A DNA stretch of 60,723 bases from Chloroflexota bacterium (GTDB lineage: Bacteria; Chloroflexota; Limnocylindria; Limnocylindrales; CSP1-4). Location: assembly GCA_003171035.1 (NCBI GenBank), contig PMXR01000052.1:1-60723 (forward strand). The letters run 5' to 3'. A program made the position numbers and the translations under genes. Below the pieces are notes generated by a model. The model did not search any database. It had not been told where the DNA came from and was given only the letters and a program-made list of their open reading frames with translations. How positions within the stretch are numbered: the first letter of the stretch is position 1; each line of letters begins with the position of its first letter. This document shows, piece after piece, positions 10,649-19,952 of this stretch.

Positions 10649-11912
10649 GTCGCAGGTGGAGGAGAGCCAGGTGGCGGCTCCGCGACCCCGCGCTCTCTTT
10701 CTGTCGGCCGACCTGCCCTGGCCGCGGGACGGCGGCGGGCGGATCGCCACGCTGCACATCCTCGAATCGATGTGCCGGCGCTACGACGTCGACCTTGTGG
10801 CCATGGCCGACCCAGTAGGCGAGCCGGATCTGGAATATCTGTGCTCGATTTGTCGCAGCGTCGAGGTGGTCCGCATCCCGTTCACGTTCGGCCGCCACCG
10901 GCTGCGCCAGCTGGCGGTTCTCCTGCGCAGCCTCGGCTCCTGGGATCCCTACCGGCTCCGCAAGTTCCGCAGCCGCCCATTCGAGGCCGCAGTCCGAAGC
11001 CATCTCCGCGGCAATATCTATGACGTCGTGCACTGCGATCAGTTCGGTGTCCTGCCCTACGTGAGGCTCGCTCCACGGGATGTAGTCACGACGGCCGCCC
11101 ATCACAACGTCGAGTCGGACATATACCGGCTGGCGGCGCGACAGGCCGCCAATCCGCTGCGTCGCGTGTTCGCGGCCAACGAACGCTGGAAGCTCGCACG
11201 CGCCGAGCGGCGCTGGCTCGCTCGGTTCGACCGCGTCTTCGTGCTCACCCCGGACGACGCCGAGCTGCTGCGCGACCTCGGTATCGAGCGGACGACGGCC
11301 ATTCCGATGCCTGCGCCGACTGCGTTGCGGCGTGACCGCGTTCCGCCGCCGGGACGGCGGATCCTGACCCTCGGCTCGATGAGCTGGTACGGGGTTGCCG
11401 ATGGGCTGATCTGGTTCCACGACCAGGTTCTGCCGAAGATTCGCTCGGCCGTGCCCGACGTCGAATGGGAGCTTGTCGGGCCAAACGCGCCCGCTTCGAT
11501 CCGGCGTCTTTCGGAAGAGCCGGGGATCCTCGTGACCGGCTACGTGGAAGCGCTCGCGCCGTACCTCGAGCGCGCTCGAGTCGGTGTCGTGCCGCTCCGG
11601 ATCGCCGGTGGAGTGAGGCTGAAGCTGCTCGATTTCCTGGCCTGGGGTCTGCCGGCAGTGGCGACATCGGTTGGGGCGCGTGGCCTCGACATTCCCGACG
11701 GTGCCGGCTGCTACCAGCGCGACGAGCCCGATGCTTTCGCGCGAGCCGTGGTGGACCTGCTGACCGATGACGTCCGCTGGGCCCAGGCCGCGGCAGCCGG
11801 CCAGGACTTCGTTCGCGAGCACCATTCGACGGCGAGCCTCGATCGGGCCATCGCCTCTGGACTCGAACTGGCTACGGAGAACCACCGGCGGGATATGGGA
11901 GGACGGGAGTGA
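10641..11912 (+). CDS. glycosyltransferase family 4 (GT-B)
   Basis: The GTG start overlaps the upstream stop. It has a GT4-like N-terminal domain and a C-terminal VPLRIAGGVRLKLLDFLAWGLPAVATSVG. Confidence 0.8.
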   Translation: MAESQVEESQVAAPRPRALFLSADLPWPRDGGGRIATLHILESMCRRYDVDLVAMADPVGEPDLEYLCSICRSVEVVRIPFTFGRHRLRQLAVLLRSLGSWDPYRLRKFRSRPFEAAVRSHLRGNIYDVVHCDQFGVLPYVRLAPRDVVTTAAHHNVESDIYRLAARQAANPLRRVFAANERWKLARAERRWLARFDRVFVLTPDDAELLRDLGIERTTAIPMPAPTALRRDRVPPPGRRILTLGSMSWYGVADGLIWFHDQVLPKIRSAVPDVEWELVGPNAPASIRRLSEEPGILVTGYVEALAPYLERARVGVVPLRIAGGVRLKLLDFLAWGLPAVATSVGARGLDIPDGAGCYQRDEPDAFARAVVDLLTDDVRWAQAAAAGQDFVREHHSTASLDRAIASGLELATENHRRDMGGRE

Positions 11913-12682
11913 TCGAGCCCCTTCGACCAGCAGTACAGATCGGCTCGATCTTCCTCGACAACGTCACCACCGACGAGGCGGATGCCCAGATCAAGGCCTG
12001 GCTCGCCGAGGGCGCCACTTCGGCGCGGTACGTCTGCACTCCCAATGTCGACTACGTCATTCGATCGGGCCGCGAGCCGATCTTCCGCACGGCGATCAAC
12101 GCGGCCAATCTTCGAGTGCCGGACGGGATGTGGATCGTGTACTCGTCCCGTCTTGCCGGAAGGCCGCTGCGGGGTACGGTAACCGGGCGGCTGATCCTGC
12201 CGAGGTTCGCCGAATACTGCGCCGGCAACGGGCTCACCCTGGGCGTTATGGGCGCGGGACCGGGTGTGGCCCAGGCGGCGGCGGAGAAGCTCGAGGCGGA
12301 CTATCCGGGTCTGCGGATCGTCCACGCCATCACCCCGCCCAAGCCGTTCGTCGTGGGGTCGCCGGAAGATGCCGCGATCGCGGCCGCTCTCAAAGCCGAT
12401 CGCCCGGCCCTCCTCTTCGTCGCGCTGGGCGCCCCGAAGCAGGAAATCTGGATGCATGCCCATGCCGCCGAACTCGCGCCGACCGTGCTGATCGGGGTTG
12501 GGGCGGCCCTGGACGTGGTCGCCGGAAAAGTGCGCGAAGCCCCTCGTTGGATGACCCGGATCGGTATGGAGTGGCTCTTCCGCCTCGCCCAGGAGCCCCG
12601 CCGGCTGGCCAGACGCTATCTATGGGACGATCCGCGGATCCTGATATGGGCGTTGAGGACGCGGCTGGGGGTGCACAGATGA
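11909..12682 (+). CDS. WecB/TagA/CpsF-family glycosyltransferase (GT26, N-acetylmannosaminyltransferase-like)
   Basis: Contains FVALGAPKQEIWM, GVGAALDVVAGKVREAPRWM and GMEWLFRLAQEPRRLARRY. Confidence 0.85.
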   Translation: MIEPLRPAVQIGSIFLDNVTTDEADAQIKAWLAEGATSARYVCTPNVDYVIRSGREPIFRTAINAANLRVPDGMWIVYSSRLAGRPLRGTVTGRLILPRFAEYCAGNGLTLGVMGAGPGVAQAAAEKLEADYPGLRIVHAITPPKPFVVGSPEDAAIAAALKADRPALLFVALGAPKQEIWMHAHAAELAPTVLIGVGAALDVVAGKVREAPRWMTRIGMEWLFRLAQEPRRLARRYLWDDPRILIWALRTRLGVHR

Positions 12683-13686
12683 ACCAGGGCCGGCGCTCGA
12701 TGCCCGTTGCCGATTTCGGTCCGGCCGGCGCGAGCTCCTCTGGGACGCGGGTTCCACTCGTCGTGTCGGTGGTCGTCCACTACACCGGGATCGAACAAAC
12801 CAGGGCTTGCCTGCGCTCGCTTCTTGCGAGTGACTACGACCGGCACCGGATCGTCCTCGTCGACAATGCTTCGCCGGAGCCAGAGGCAGCCGACCTGCGC
12901 ACCGCCTTCGGCGACTCGGTCGACGTAATCACGTCCGAGCGAAACGGCGGCTACGGTGCCGGCGCGAATCTGGGTATTCGCCGCGCTTTCCAGCTCGGGG
13001 CCGCATACGTGTGGGTGCTCAACAACGACACGATCATCCCGGCCGATACGGTGCGGCTGCTGGTCGACGTGATGGAGGCCAACCCGCGCTTCGGGGCGAT
13101 TTCGCCGCAGATCTCCGCACCGATCGGGCCGGAGGCCCCGACCGGGGTTTGGTTCTCCGGCGGGACGGTCGATCTGGCCCGCGGCCGGACCAGACACTCA
13201 ACTACGGCACTCGACTCGACCGCCCACGTAGTCCCGACCGGATACGTCAGCGGCTGCGCCATGTTCCTGCGCAGCAGCGCCGTGCGGGCCGCGGGGTTGT
13301 TCTGGGAAGCCTTGTTCCTGTTCTGGGAGGACACCGAACTCAGCATGCGCCTGGAGGAATCAGGCTGGCAGCTGGGAGTTGCTCCCGGGGCCTGGATCAA
13401 GCACGACATACACGGCTCGGTGTCTTCACGAACCGTGAGCTACTACTACTTCCGGAACGCGATCGTCACCGCCAGGCAGGGATCGCGACGCCTGGCGGCC
13501 AGCGCCGCAATCACGTTGACGGCGGGTATGGCGCGCCGCTGGGTGGGTGCCTTCTTGAGGCGTCGGCCCAGGCCGGTGGCACAGACGGCCGGATTGCTGG
13601 CCGGCATCAGAGCCCTGGCACCGGGAGGGTTTGCGCCCCGGCCCGGGCCGTTCGTCGACATGTCGAGCCGGCACGACGCCGACTGA
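12679..13686 (+). CDS. glycosyltransferase family 2
   Basis: ATG 12679 overlaps the upstream stop (ATGA), and the upstream part of ORF 11767..13686 is an artefact. Contains VVSVVVHYTG...VLVDNASPE and VLNNDTII. Confidence 0.8.
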   Translation: MNQGRRSMPVADFGPAGASSSGTRVPLVVSVVVHYTGIEQTRACLRSLLASDYDRHRIVLVDNASPEPEAADLRTAFGDSVDVITSERNGGYGAGANLGIRRAFQLGAAYVWVLNNDTIIPADTVRLLVDVMEANPRFGAISPQISAPIGPEAPTGVWFSGGTVDLARGRTRHSTTALDSTAHVVPTGYVSGCAMFLRSSAVRAAGLFWEALFLFWEDTELSMRLEESGWQLGVAPGAWIKHDIHGSVSSRTVSYYYFRNAIVTARQGSRRLAASAAITLTAGMARRWVGAFLRRRPRPVAQTAGLLAGIRALAPGGFAPRPGPFVDMSSRHDAD

Positions 13687-13694
13687 CCGACGAC

Positions 13695-14804
13695 TCAGGA
13701 GCGCGGCTTTCGCCCGATCGCACCGTAGGCCTCGAGATGGAGCCGGGCCACGTCGTCCCAGGAGGTGACGTCCCCACAGACCGGTTCCCGACGCGGATGG
13801 TCCGAGGCCTCGAGGATGGCCTTTGCGATGGCTTCAGCGTCGCCGGGCGCGACGAACATGGTGTTGGTGTTTGGATCGTACCCAGCGTCTCCGACCCTGG
13901 TGGTCACGGTGTAGCCGCCGTGCGCGACCATCGCCGCATACGTCGTCCGGTTTTGGGCGAGGCCGTCGCGATAGGGCAGCACGCAGACATCCAGGTCCTT
14001 CAGCACGGCCGACAGCTGCTCCGAATCGAGCCTTCCGGTGATGAGCACGTCGTCGGCCAGGCCGCGCTCGGCAATGAGCGCGTCAATCCGCCGCGCGTAC
14101 TCCGTGTTTGGCCCCGGATCGCCCGCCAGCACCAGACGCGCTGCCCTCACGCTGCGTACACGCGCGAAGGCATCGACGAGCGACTCAATACCTTTGTCTG
14201 CCCGCAGGAACCCCCAATGGCCGACGATCAACTCATCCGGCCGGCGGCGAAGGTCGACCTCTGGGCCGGCACCGGGCGCGGACGTCGGCACGATGTTCGT
14301 GCCGATGGGTATCAGCCGCGTCTGCAGACCGGGTCGGAAGCGCAGCATCCGGCGAACCGAGGCGAGGACGATGGGATCGGGCGAGATCACCAGGTCGCTC
14401 GCAGAGAAGCCGGCGGCCATCCTGGCGCGGAAGCGGAAGCGAAATACATGGAACTCGTGCAGCGTGGCTACCAGCCCGGGTCGCTGCCGTCGAAACCGCA
14501 GATGCCAGGGGAGCAGCGTGGCGCCAAATCCTCGCCCGTAGCTTGCCCCGGGAAACTGGACGTGGACCACGTCCGGGTGGAGGTTCATGGCGGCATCGGC
14601 GATCAGCTTCGCCTGCCCGGCGCTCCAGTCCGTATCCAGCGGAACAATCGAATAGGACGAGCTCGGCAGCAGACGGGGAGAACTGGTGGTGATGACGGAC
14701 ACGTCCTGCCCCGCCCGGCTCAACGCCTCCGCCAGCATGCTCGTGTAGTCGCCGATGCCGCACGGCACATCGGGCAGAGCGCTGGTTACGAAGCAGATAC
14801 GCAT
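13695..14804 (-). CDS. glycosyltransferase family 4 (GT-B)
   Basis: Starts MRICFVTSALPDVPCGIGDYTSMLAEAL and has the two-domain GT-B layout. Confidence 0.8.
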   Translation of the reverse strand: MRICFVTSALPDVPCGIGDYTSMLAEALSRAGQDVSVITTSSPRLLPSSSYSIVPLDTDWSAGQAKLIADAAMNLHPDVVHVQFPGASYGRGFGATLLPWHLRFRRQRPGLVATLHEFHVFRFRFRARMAAGFSASDLVISPDPIVLASVRRMLRFRPGLQTRLIPIGTNIVPTSAPGAGPEVDLRRRPDELIVGHWGFLRADKGIESLVDAFARVRSVRAARLVLAGDPGPNTEYARRIDALIAERGLADDVLITGRLDSEQLSAVLKDLDVCVLPYRDGLAQNRTTYAAMVAHGGYTVTTRVGDAGYDPNTNTMFVAPGDAEAIAKAILEASDHPRREPVCGDVTSWDDVARLHLEAYGAIGRKPRS

Positions 14805-14903
14805 TCGCCGGCAATCCTAGTCGATCGAGGACTCAGCGCGGCTCTGCCCGGCGGGAGTACCCTTCGCGGCGTTGTGTCGTAGCGTAGATGGGAGTCGGAG
14901 TAC

Positions 14904-15719
14904 GTGGGAGCGAGAAAGCTGGGCCGCCGCGTCCAATGGAAGCTCGACGGGCTCCGATCGCGCCTGTCTCCGGGTGACCGCCGCCACCGCGCTCGCGTTC
15001 GGCAGGAGATCGAGGACGGCCGTATTCGGCTCGCAGCACTCCGAGGCGGCCGAGACGTGTGCTGGACCGAGGAAGACGCGGTCAACCCGCTCGTGACGAT
15101 CCGAATTCCCTGCTACGACCGCGGCCGAGTCGTCGTCGATCGGGCGATCACGTCCGCCCTCGCCCAGACCTACACCAACATCGAGATCCTGGTCATCGGC
15201 GACGACGCAACTCCCGAGACGGTCGCCGCGGTCAAGTCCGTGGCCGATCCCCGGGTACGGTTCGTGAACATTCCACGGACCCCGTATCCGCAGGACCCGG
15301 AGCGGCGCTGGATGGTCCTCGGACATGGGCCCAGAAACTACGCCCTGGACAACGCGAAAGGCGCCTGGATCACGACGCTCGACGACGACGACGAGTACAC
15401 ACCGGATCATGTTGAGGTGCTGCTGCGTGCCGCCGTCCATCGGCGCCTGGAATTCGTCTACGGCCAATCCGAAGTGATCGCGCCGGGCGGCGTGACGGGG
15501 ATCGTCGGGCGGTGGCCGCCGGGCCTGGGAGCGTTCACCGACGGCGCGCTCCTGTACTCGGCGCACCTGCGATTCCTCAAGTACGACCCGGAGTCGTGGC
15601 GAGATCGTCTGCCCGCGGACTGGAATCTATGGCGGAAGATGCTGGCCGTGGGTGTCAAGATGGGATACGTGGAGCAAGTCGTATACCGCTACTACCCCGT
15701 AACTCACGTGCCGCTGTGA
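14904..15719 (+). CDS. glycosyltransferase family 2 (start uncertain)
   Basis: Contains VTIRIPCYDRG...LAQTYTNIEILVIGDDATPE and the acidic TTLDDDDEY (DxD) motif. The first GTG of the ORF was used as the start. Confidence 0.75.
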   Translation: MGARKLGRRVQWKLDGLRSRLSPGDRRHRARVRQEIEDGRIRLAALRGGRDVCWTEEDAVNPLVTIRIPCYDRGRVVVDRAITSALAQTYTNIEILVIGDDATPETVAAVKSVADPRVRFVNIPRTPYPQDPERRWMVLGHGPRNYALDNAKGAWITTLDDDDEYTPDHVEVLLRAAVHRRLEFVYGQSEVIAPGGVTGIVGRWPPGLGAFTDGALLYSAHLRFLKYDPESWRDRLPADWNLWRKMLAVGVKMGYVEQVVYRYYPVTHVPL

Positions 15720-16660
15720 CAAGGGCTGTGGTGACCGGCGGCGCCGGCTTCATCGGCTCGCACGTTGCCGATCGTCTGATCGACCTGGGCTTTGAAGTCC
15801 TTGTCGTCGACAGCCTCGTTACCGGTTCGCTGAGCAATGTGCCGGTGGCCGCCAGGTTCGAGCAGCGCGATCTGCTCGACTCCGGCCTCGAGGGTTTGCT
15901 GGCCGACTGGGGAGCGGAAGTCGTCGTTCACTGCGCGGCCCAGGTTTCGGTCTCGTTGTCGGTCACGGACCCGACTCGCGACGCGCGCTCCAACGTGTTG
16001 GGCACGGTGGCCACGATCCGAGGGGCAATTGCCGGCGGATGCCGAACGTTTGTCTACATCACGACGGCCGGGGCGCTCTACGGCGACCCACAGTACCTGC
16101 CGAGCGATGAGGCTCACCCGATAGCGCCAATCAGCCCTTACGGCCTGAGTAAGTGGGTCGGCGAGAGATACCTGGATCTCCTCGGCGCGGAGCCGATGAA
16201 ACGCATGGTCCTCAGGCTTGCCAACGTCTACGGACCTCGCCAGCGATCCGATGGCGAAGGCGGCGTCGTCAGCATCTTCAGCGAGCGCATGAAGTCCGGT
16301 CTTGCGTTGGAGATCAACGGGGACGGAGCCCAGACTCGCGACTTCGTCTACGTCGGCGACGTCGTCGACGCGGTCGTTGCGGCGATAGCGGCCGAGCAGT
16401 CGACGACCGTCAACATCGCGACTGAACTCGCCACTTCAGTGCTCGAGCTGTTCGATGCTCTGGCGGCGATCTCGGGGTACACCGATCGACCGCGGTTCGT
16501 GGCGGCACGGGCCGGCGATGTTCGCCATAGCCAGCTGGCGATCGGCAAGGCTCTGCGCACTCTGGGTTGGTCTCCTCGAACCGCGCTCGAAGCCGGCCTC
16601 GCTGAGACGTTCGCCGGCATCGCGGCACTGCCGTCATCGGCCGAGTCGGAGTCCGAATGA
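15716..16660 (+). CDS. NAD-dependent sugar epimerase/dehydratase (GalE-like extended SDR)
   Basis: GTG 15716 overlaps the upstream stop (GTGA). Contains VVTGGAGFIGSHVADRL and YGLSK (YxxxK). Confidence 0.8.
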   Translation: MTRAVVTGGAGFIGSHVADRLIDLGFEVLVVDSLVTGSLSNVPVAARFEQRDLLDSGLEGLLADWGAEVVVHCAAQVSVSLSVTDPTRDARSNVLGTVATIRGAIAGGCRTFVYITTAGALYGDPQYLPSDEAHPIAPISPYGLSKWVGERYLDLLGAEPMKRMVLRLANVYGPRQRSDGEGGVVSIFSERMKSGLALEINGDGAQTRDFVYVGDVVDAVVAAIAAEQSTTVNIATELATSVLELFDALAAISGYTDRPRFVAARAGDVRHSQLAIGKALRTLGWSPRTALEAGLAETFAGIAALPSSAESESE

Positions 16661-17484
16661 AAGTCACCATCGTCACGCCCGTCTACAACGGCATGCCCTG
16701 GCTGCCGGAGTGTATGAACTCCGTGGCGATGCAGCGCCGCGACGGCGTGGAACTGGAGCACCTGGTTTTCGACGGCGGCTCGACCGACGGCAGCGTGGAG
16801 TGGCTGCGCGAGCACACGTCACTCGGGTACGAGGCGACGATCGGTCCGGACGGCGGCCAAACGGACGCCCTGATCAAAGGCTTCAATGCCGCCACAGGCG
16901 ACATTCTGGGATGGCTCAACGCCGACGATGTGTTGGAGCCCGGAGCGCTGAAGCGCGTCGTCGACGCCTTCGCGGCCCGGCCCGGGCTGGCGATGGTGAC
17001 CGCGGCCTGTTTGCTGATCGACGGCCAGGGAGCCATCAAAGGAGCGATAGCGCCGCCGCCGGATCCCACCCTCGACGGCCTCCTTCACCGCTTATCGAAT
17101 CCCGCCCAGCCGGCGACATTCTTCTCCGCCGATGCCTACCGGCGGAGCGGCGGTCTCGATCGCCAGTACGACATGGCGATGGATGTGGACCTGTGGCTCA
17201 AGCTGGCCAAAATCGGCCCGGCTCTGGCTCTGCCCGCGGAGGTTCTCGCCCGCTTCCGCATCCACCCGGACGCCAAGTCGGTGGCGTCGTACAGGAAGGC
17301 CGTGCGCCAGGACCTGCGAATCCGACGGCTTCACGGCATGCCCCTGCGAAGCGGAACCGGCCTCCGGCTGTTGAACGTGGGCTACGTTCAGCCGGTCGTG
17401 GCGCCCGTGAAGAATGCGTTCCGCCGCATCGCCAGGTTCGTGGTGCTCGGTCGGCGGGGCAAGAAGACGAGCGTCGGCGACTAG
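16657..17484 (+). CDS. glycosyltransferase family 2
   Basis: Contains MKVTIVTPVYNGMPWLPECMNSV and WLNADDVL. ATGA overlap with the upstream gene. Confidence 0.8.
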   Translation: MKVTIVTPVYNGMPWLPECMNSVAMQRRDGVELEHLVFDGGSTDGSVEWLREHTSLGYEATIGPDGGQTDALIKGFNAATGDILGWLNADDVLEPGALKRVVDAFAARPGLAMVTAACLLIDGQGAIKGAIAPPPDPTLDGLLHRLSNPAQPATFFSADAYRRSGGLDRQYDMAMDVDLWLKLAKIGPALALPAEVLARFRIHPDAKSVASYRKAVRQDLRIRRLHGMPLRSGTGLRLLNVGYVQPVVAPVKNAFRRIARFVVLGRRGKKTSVGD

Positions 17485-17745
17485 GTTCGACGGCCTCACG
17501 ACCGGCTTCGGCATCTGCGCGAAGCTCTTCGAGGCTTCATACTGTGCGATCTGGATGACGATTCCGCCTGATCGCGTCGGCCGTCTGCGCAAAAGCACGG
17601 CAGCGGAGCTCTTGGCCGCGATGGTTTGGCCACCACCCGACGAGTACTGATAACGGGAGACCAATGACCACGAGGGACACCGGTGCTCGGCGTCCTCGCA
17701 AGGTCTTGGGTGCCGTGGGAAGGCAGCCGGAGCACGGAGATCTAG

Positions 17746-18615
17746 ATGGTAGTGAGCGATAGCCCCCAGGAAGCGACTGATCCGCGTCAAGAGCTTGACA
17801 GGACCGTCGTCATAATTGGGGCTCGCAACCCATGGCGGGATCTCGGGCTGTCCGAACTGTGGTCGCACCGAGAGCTCATGTTCTTCTTCGTCTGGCGGGA
17901 CTTGAAGGTTCGGTACAGACAGACGGTTTTCGGCGCGTTGTGGGCGGTGATGCAGCCGGTGCTCCTGATGCTGGTGTTCACCATGTCGGTGGGCCGCCTG
18001 CCCGGAGTGGGACCGGCCGGCGTTCCGTATCCTCTTTTTGCGTTTGCAGGTCTGGTGCCGTGGACTCTTTTCGGGTCGAGCCTGGGGGCTGCATCCAACA
18101 GCCTTGTCAATGCTGAAGGCATCATTACCAAGGTCTACTTTCCACGCCTCCTGGTTCCCATTTCGGCTTGCGGCTCGTACATCGTGGACTTTTGTGTGTC
18201 AATGGTTGTGCTCGCGCTCATGATGCTGTACTTCGGCGTCACGCCGTCACTCGCTGTGGTGTGGCTGCCGCTCTTCACGATCTTTGCCCTCGTCACCGCC
18301 CTTGGGGTCGGCATATGGCTTGCTGCCATCAATGTTCGCTACCGGGACGTCAAGTACGTGACCGCCTTCATGATCCAGGCGTGGATGTTCGCGTCGCCGG
18401 TCATCTACACGAGCAGCCTGATACCGAAAGAGTGGCAGTGGTTGTATGCGCTGAACCCCATGACGGGTGTCCTGAATGGGTTCCGATGGGCTCTGATGGG
18501 TGGGCCAATGCCGGATCAAACGATCCTGGTCTCGGTAGCAGCATCCCTGCTGGTCCTGGCCACCTCGCTGGTCTACTTCAGGCGGACCGAGCAGACATTC
18601 GCGGACGTGATCTGA
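17746..18615 (+). CDS. wzm: ABC-2 type polysaccharide/teichoic-acid export permease (Wzm/TagG-like)
   Basis: About six hydrophobic segments plus ABC-2 family blocks (WSHRELMFFFVWRDLKVRYRQTVFG, LNPMTGVLNGFRWALMG). Confidence 0.85.
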   Translation: MVVSDSPQEATDPRQELDRTVVIIGARNPWRDLGLSELWSHRELMFFFVWRDLKVRYRQTVFGALWAVMQPVLLMLVFTMSVGRLPGVGPAGVPYPLFAFAGLVPWTLFGSSLGAASNSLVNAEGIITKVYFPRLLVPISACGSYIVDFCVSMVVLALMMLYFGVTPSLAVVWLPLFTIFALVTALGVGIWLAAINVRYRDVKYVTAFMIQAWMFASPVIYTSSLIPKEWQWLYALNPMTGVLNGFRWALMGGPMPDQTILVSVAASLLVLATSLVYFRRTEQTFADVI

Positions 18616-19877
18616 TGACCGACAACGCCGTTATCGTTCAGGGACTTTCCAAGAAGTACCAGCTCGGCGTCCTTCGCGCGGCGCATGGACGTCTGGGTGA
18701 GACGCTCTGGGCAGCGCTCACGGATCCGCTCGGGCGGAAACGTGGCGAACAGGAGACTGAGGATTTCTGGGCTCTCCGCGACGTTTCGTTCGAAGTACCG
18801 CGCGGTTCGGTTGTGGGCGTCGTCGGACCCAACGGCGCCGGCAAGTCAACTCTGCTCAAGATCCTGTCTCGCATCACCGAACCCACGTCCGGCCGTGCCG
18901 AACTCCACGGTCGCGTGGGGGCTCTGCTGGAAGTTGGAACCGGCTTCCATCCGGAGCTTTCGGGTCGCGAGAACGTTCTGCTCAGCGGGGCGATATTGGG
19001 CATGAAACGCGCGGAAATCCTCCGCAAATTCGATGAGATCGTGGCTTTTGCCGACATCGGGCAGTTCATCGACACGCCTGTCAAGCGCTACTCCAGCGGC
19101 ATGAAGGTCAGGTTGGGGTTTGCCGTGGCAGCTCACCTCGAACCAGAAGTCCTCTTCATCGATGAAGTGCTCGCGGTCGGCGACCTGGCGTTCCAAGAGA
19201 AGTGTCTCGGGAAGATGGGCGAGGTCGCCAAAGATGGGCGAACGGTGATCTTTGTGAGTCACAACATGGGCGCTATCACCACGCTGTGCCCCATGAGCCT
19301 ATGGCTCCAAGGGGGCAAGGTGATGGGGTTCGGCGCCAGTTCGGAGATCGTGCCTCAGTATGTACGTGCTTTCGGCCGCGACATGACAACCGGCGAAGTG
19401 GTCATCGAGGCCGATGGGCGTCGGGAAGCGCAAATCAGCCGAGTGCGGATACTGTCGTCTGACGGCGAGGTAACGCCGGTCGGCGAATGCTCGAATTCGA
19501 CGACGATCGAGATGCTGCTCGACGTGCGGCGGCACCTGCCGGGCCTCTACGCATACATGGAAGTTCGCCGGCCAGACGGGACGGTCGTATTGATGTCAGA
19601 CAGTCTCGATACGACCCCGAATCCACTTGACGATCTTCCGGTGGGCATGAATGTGATAACGTCCACAATCCCGTCGCGCACCCTGGCTCCCGGCAAGTAC
19701 GACGTGTACATCAGTCTCGCCTGCCACACCGGACGCGACTTCGACGTACACGTTCCCGGAATAGTGGCCTCGTTTCGCCTGCATGATTACCAAAGTTCGC
19801 GGGGAGATGCCCGTCCTGGGTTCTTCAGCACCCTCCTCCAATGGCAAGCAACGGAGCTATCGGGTGGTGGGAAGTGA
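18615..19877 (+). CDS. wzt: ABC polysaccharide export ATP-binding protein with C-terminal substrate-binding-type extension (Wzt/TagH-like)
   Basis: ATG 18615 overlaps the wzm stop (ATGA). It has Walker A GPNGAGKST, signature YSSGMKVRLGFA and Walker B VLFIDEVLAVGD. About 170 extra residues follow the NBD. Confidence 0.88.
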   Translation: MTDNAVIVQGLSKKYQLGVLRAAHGRLGETLWAALTDPLGRKRGEQETEDFWALRDVSFEVPRGSVVGVVGPNGAGKSTLLKILSRITEPTSGRAELHGRVGALLEVGTGFHPELSGRENVLLSGAILGMKRAEILRKFDEIVAFADIGQFIDTPVKRYSSGMKVRLGFAVAAHLEPEVLFIDEVLAVGDLAFQEKCLGKMGEVAKDGRTVIFVSHNMGAITTLCPMSLWLQGGKVMGFGASSEIVPQYVRAFGRDMTTGEVVIEADGRREAQISRVRILSSDGEVTPVGECSNSTTIEMLLDVRRHLPGLYAYMEVRRPDGTVVLMSDSLDTTPNPLDDLPVGMNVITSTIPSRTLAPGKYDVYISLACHTGRDFDVHVPGIVASFRLHDYQSSRGDARPGFFSTLLQWQATELSGGGK

Positions 19878-19952
19878 CCGTCCACTGGCCATGCTGTGAC
19901 ATTGTTGGGTTCCGCTTTGCCTCCGGCGCCAGTTTATGCAGGGGCCGCCGAC

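Noticed and set aside
10026-11885. 619-aa ORF on the minus strand, the longest in this part of the track
   Set aside because: It is entirely antisense to two well-supported GT4 genes. Its Arg/Pro/Gly/Ala-rich low-complexity translation is typical of the shadow frame of high-G+C coding DNA, and it contains no recognisable motif.
13011-14882. 623-aa ORF on the plus strand
   Set aside because: Its first part is an alternative frame of the GT2 gene and the rest is antisense to the GT4 gene at 13695-14804. The composition is Arg/Gly/Pro-rich, so it is a shadow ORF.
17092-17868. 258-aa minus-strand ORF spanning the 260-nt gap upstream of wzm
   Set aside because: Most of it is antisense to the GT2 gene (16657-17484) and to the 5' end of wzm. 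It has no motifs. I treat the gap as non-coding and probably a promoter region.
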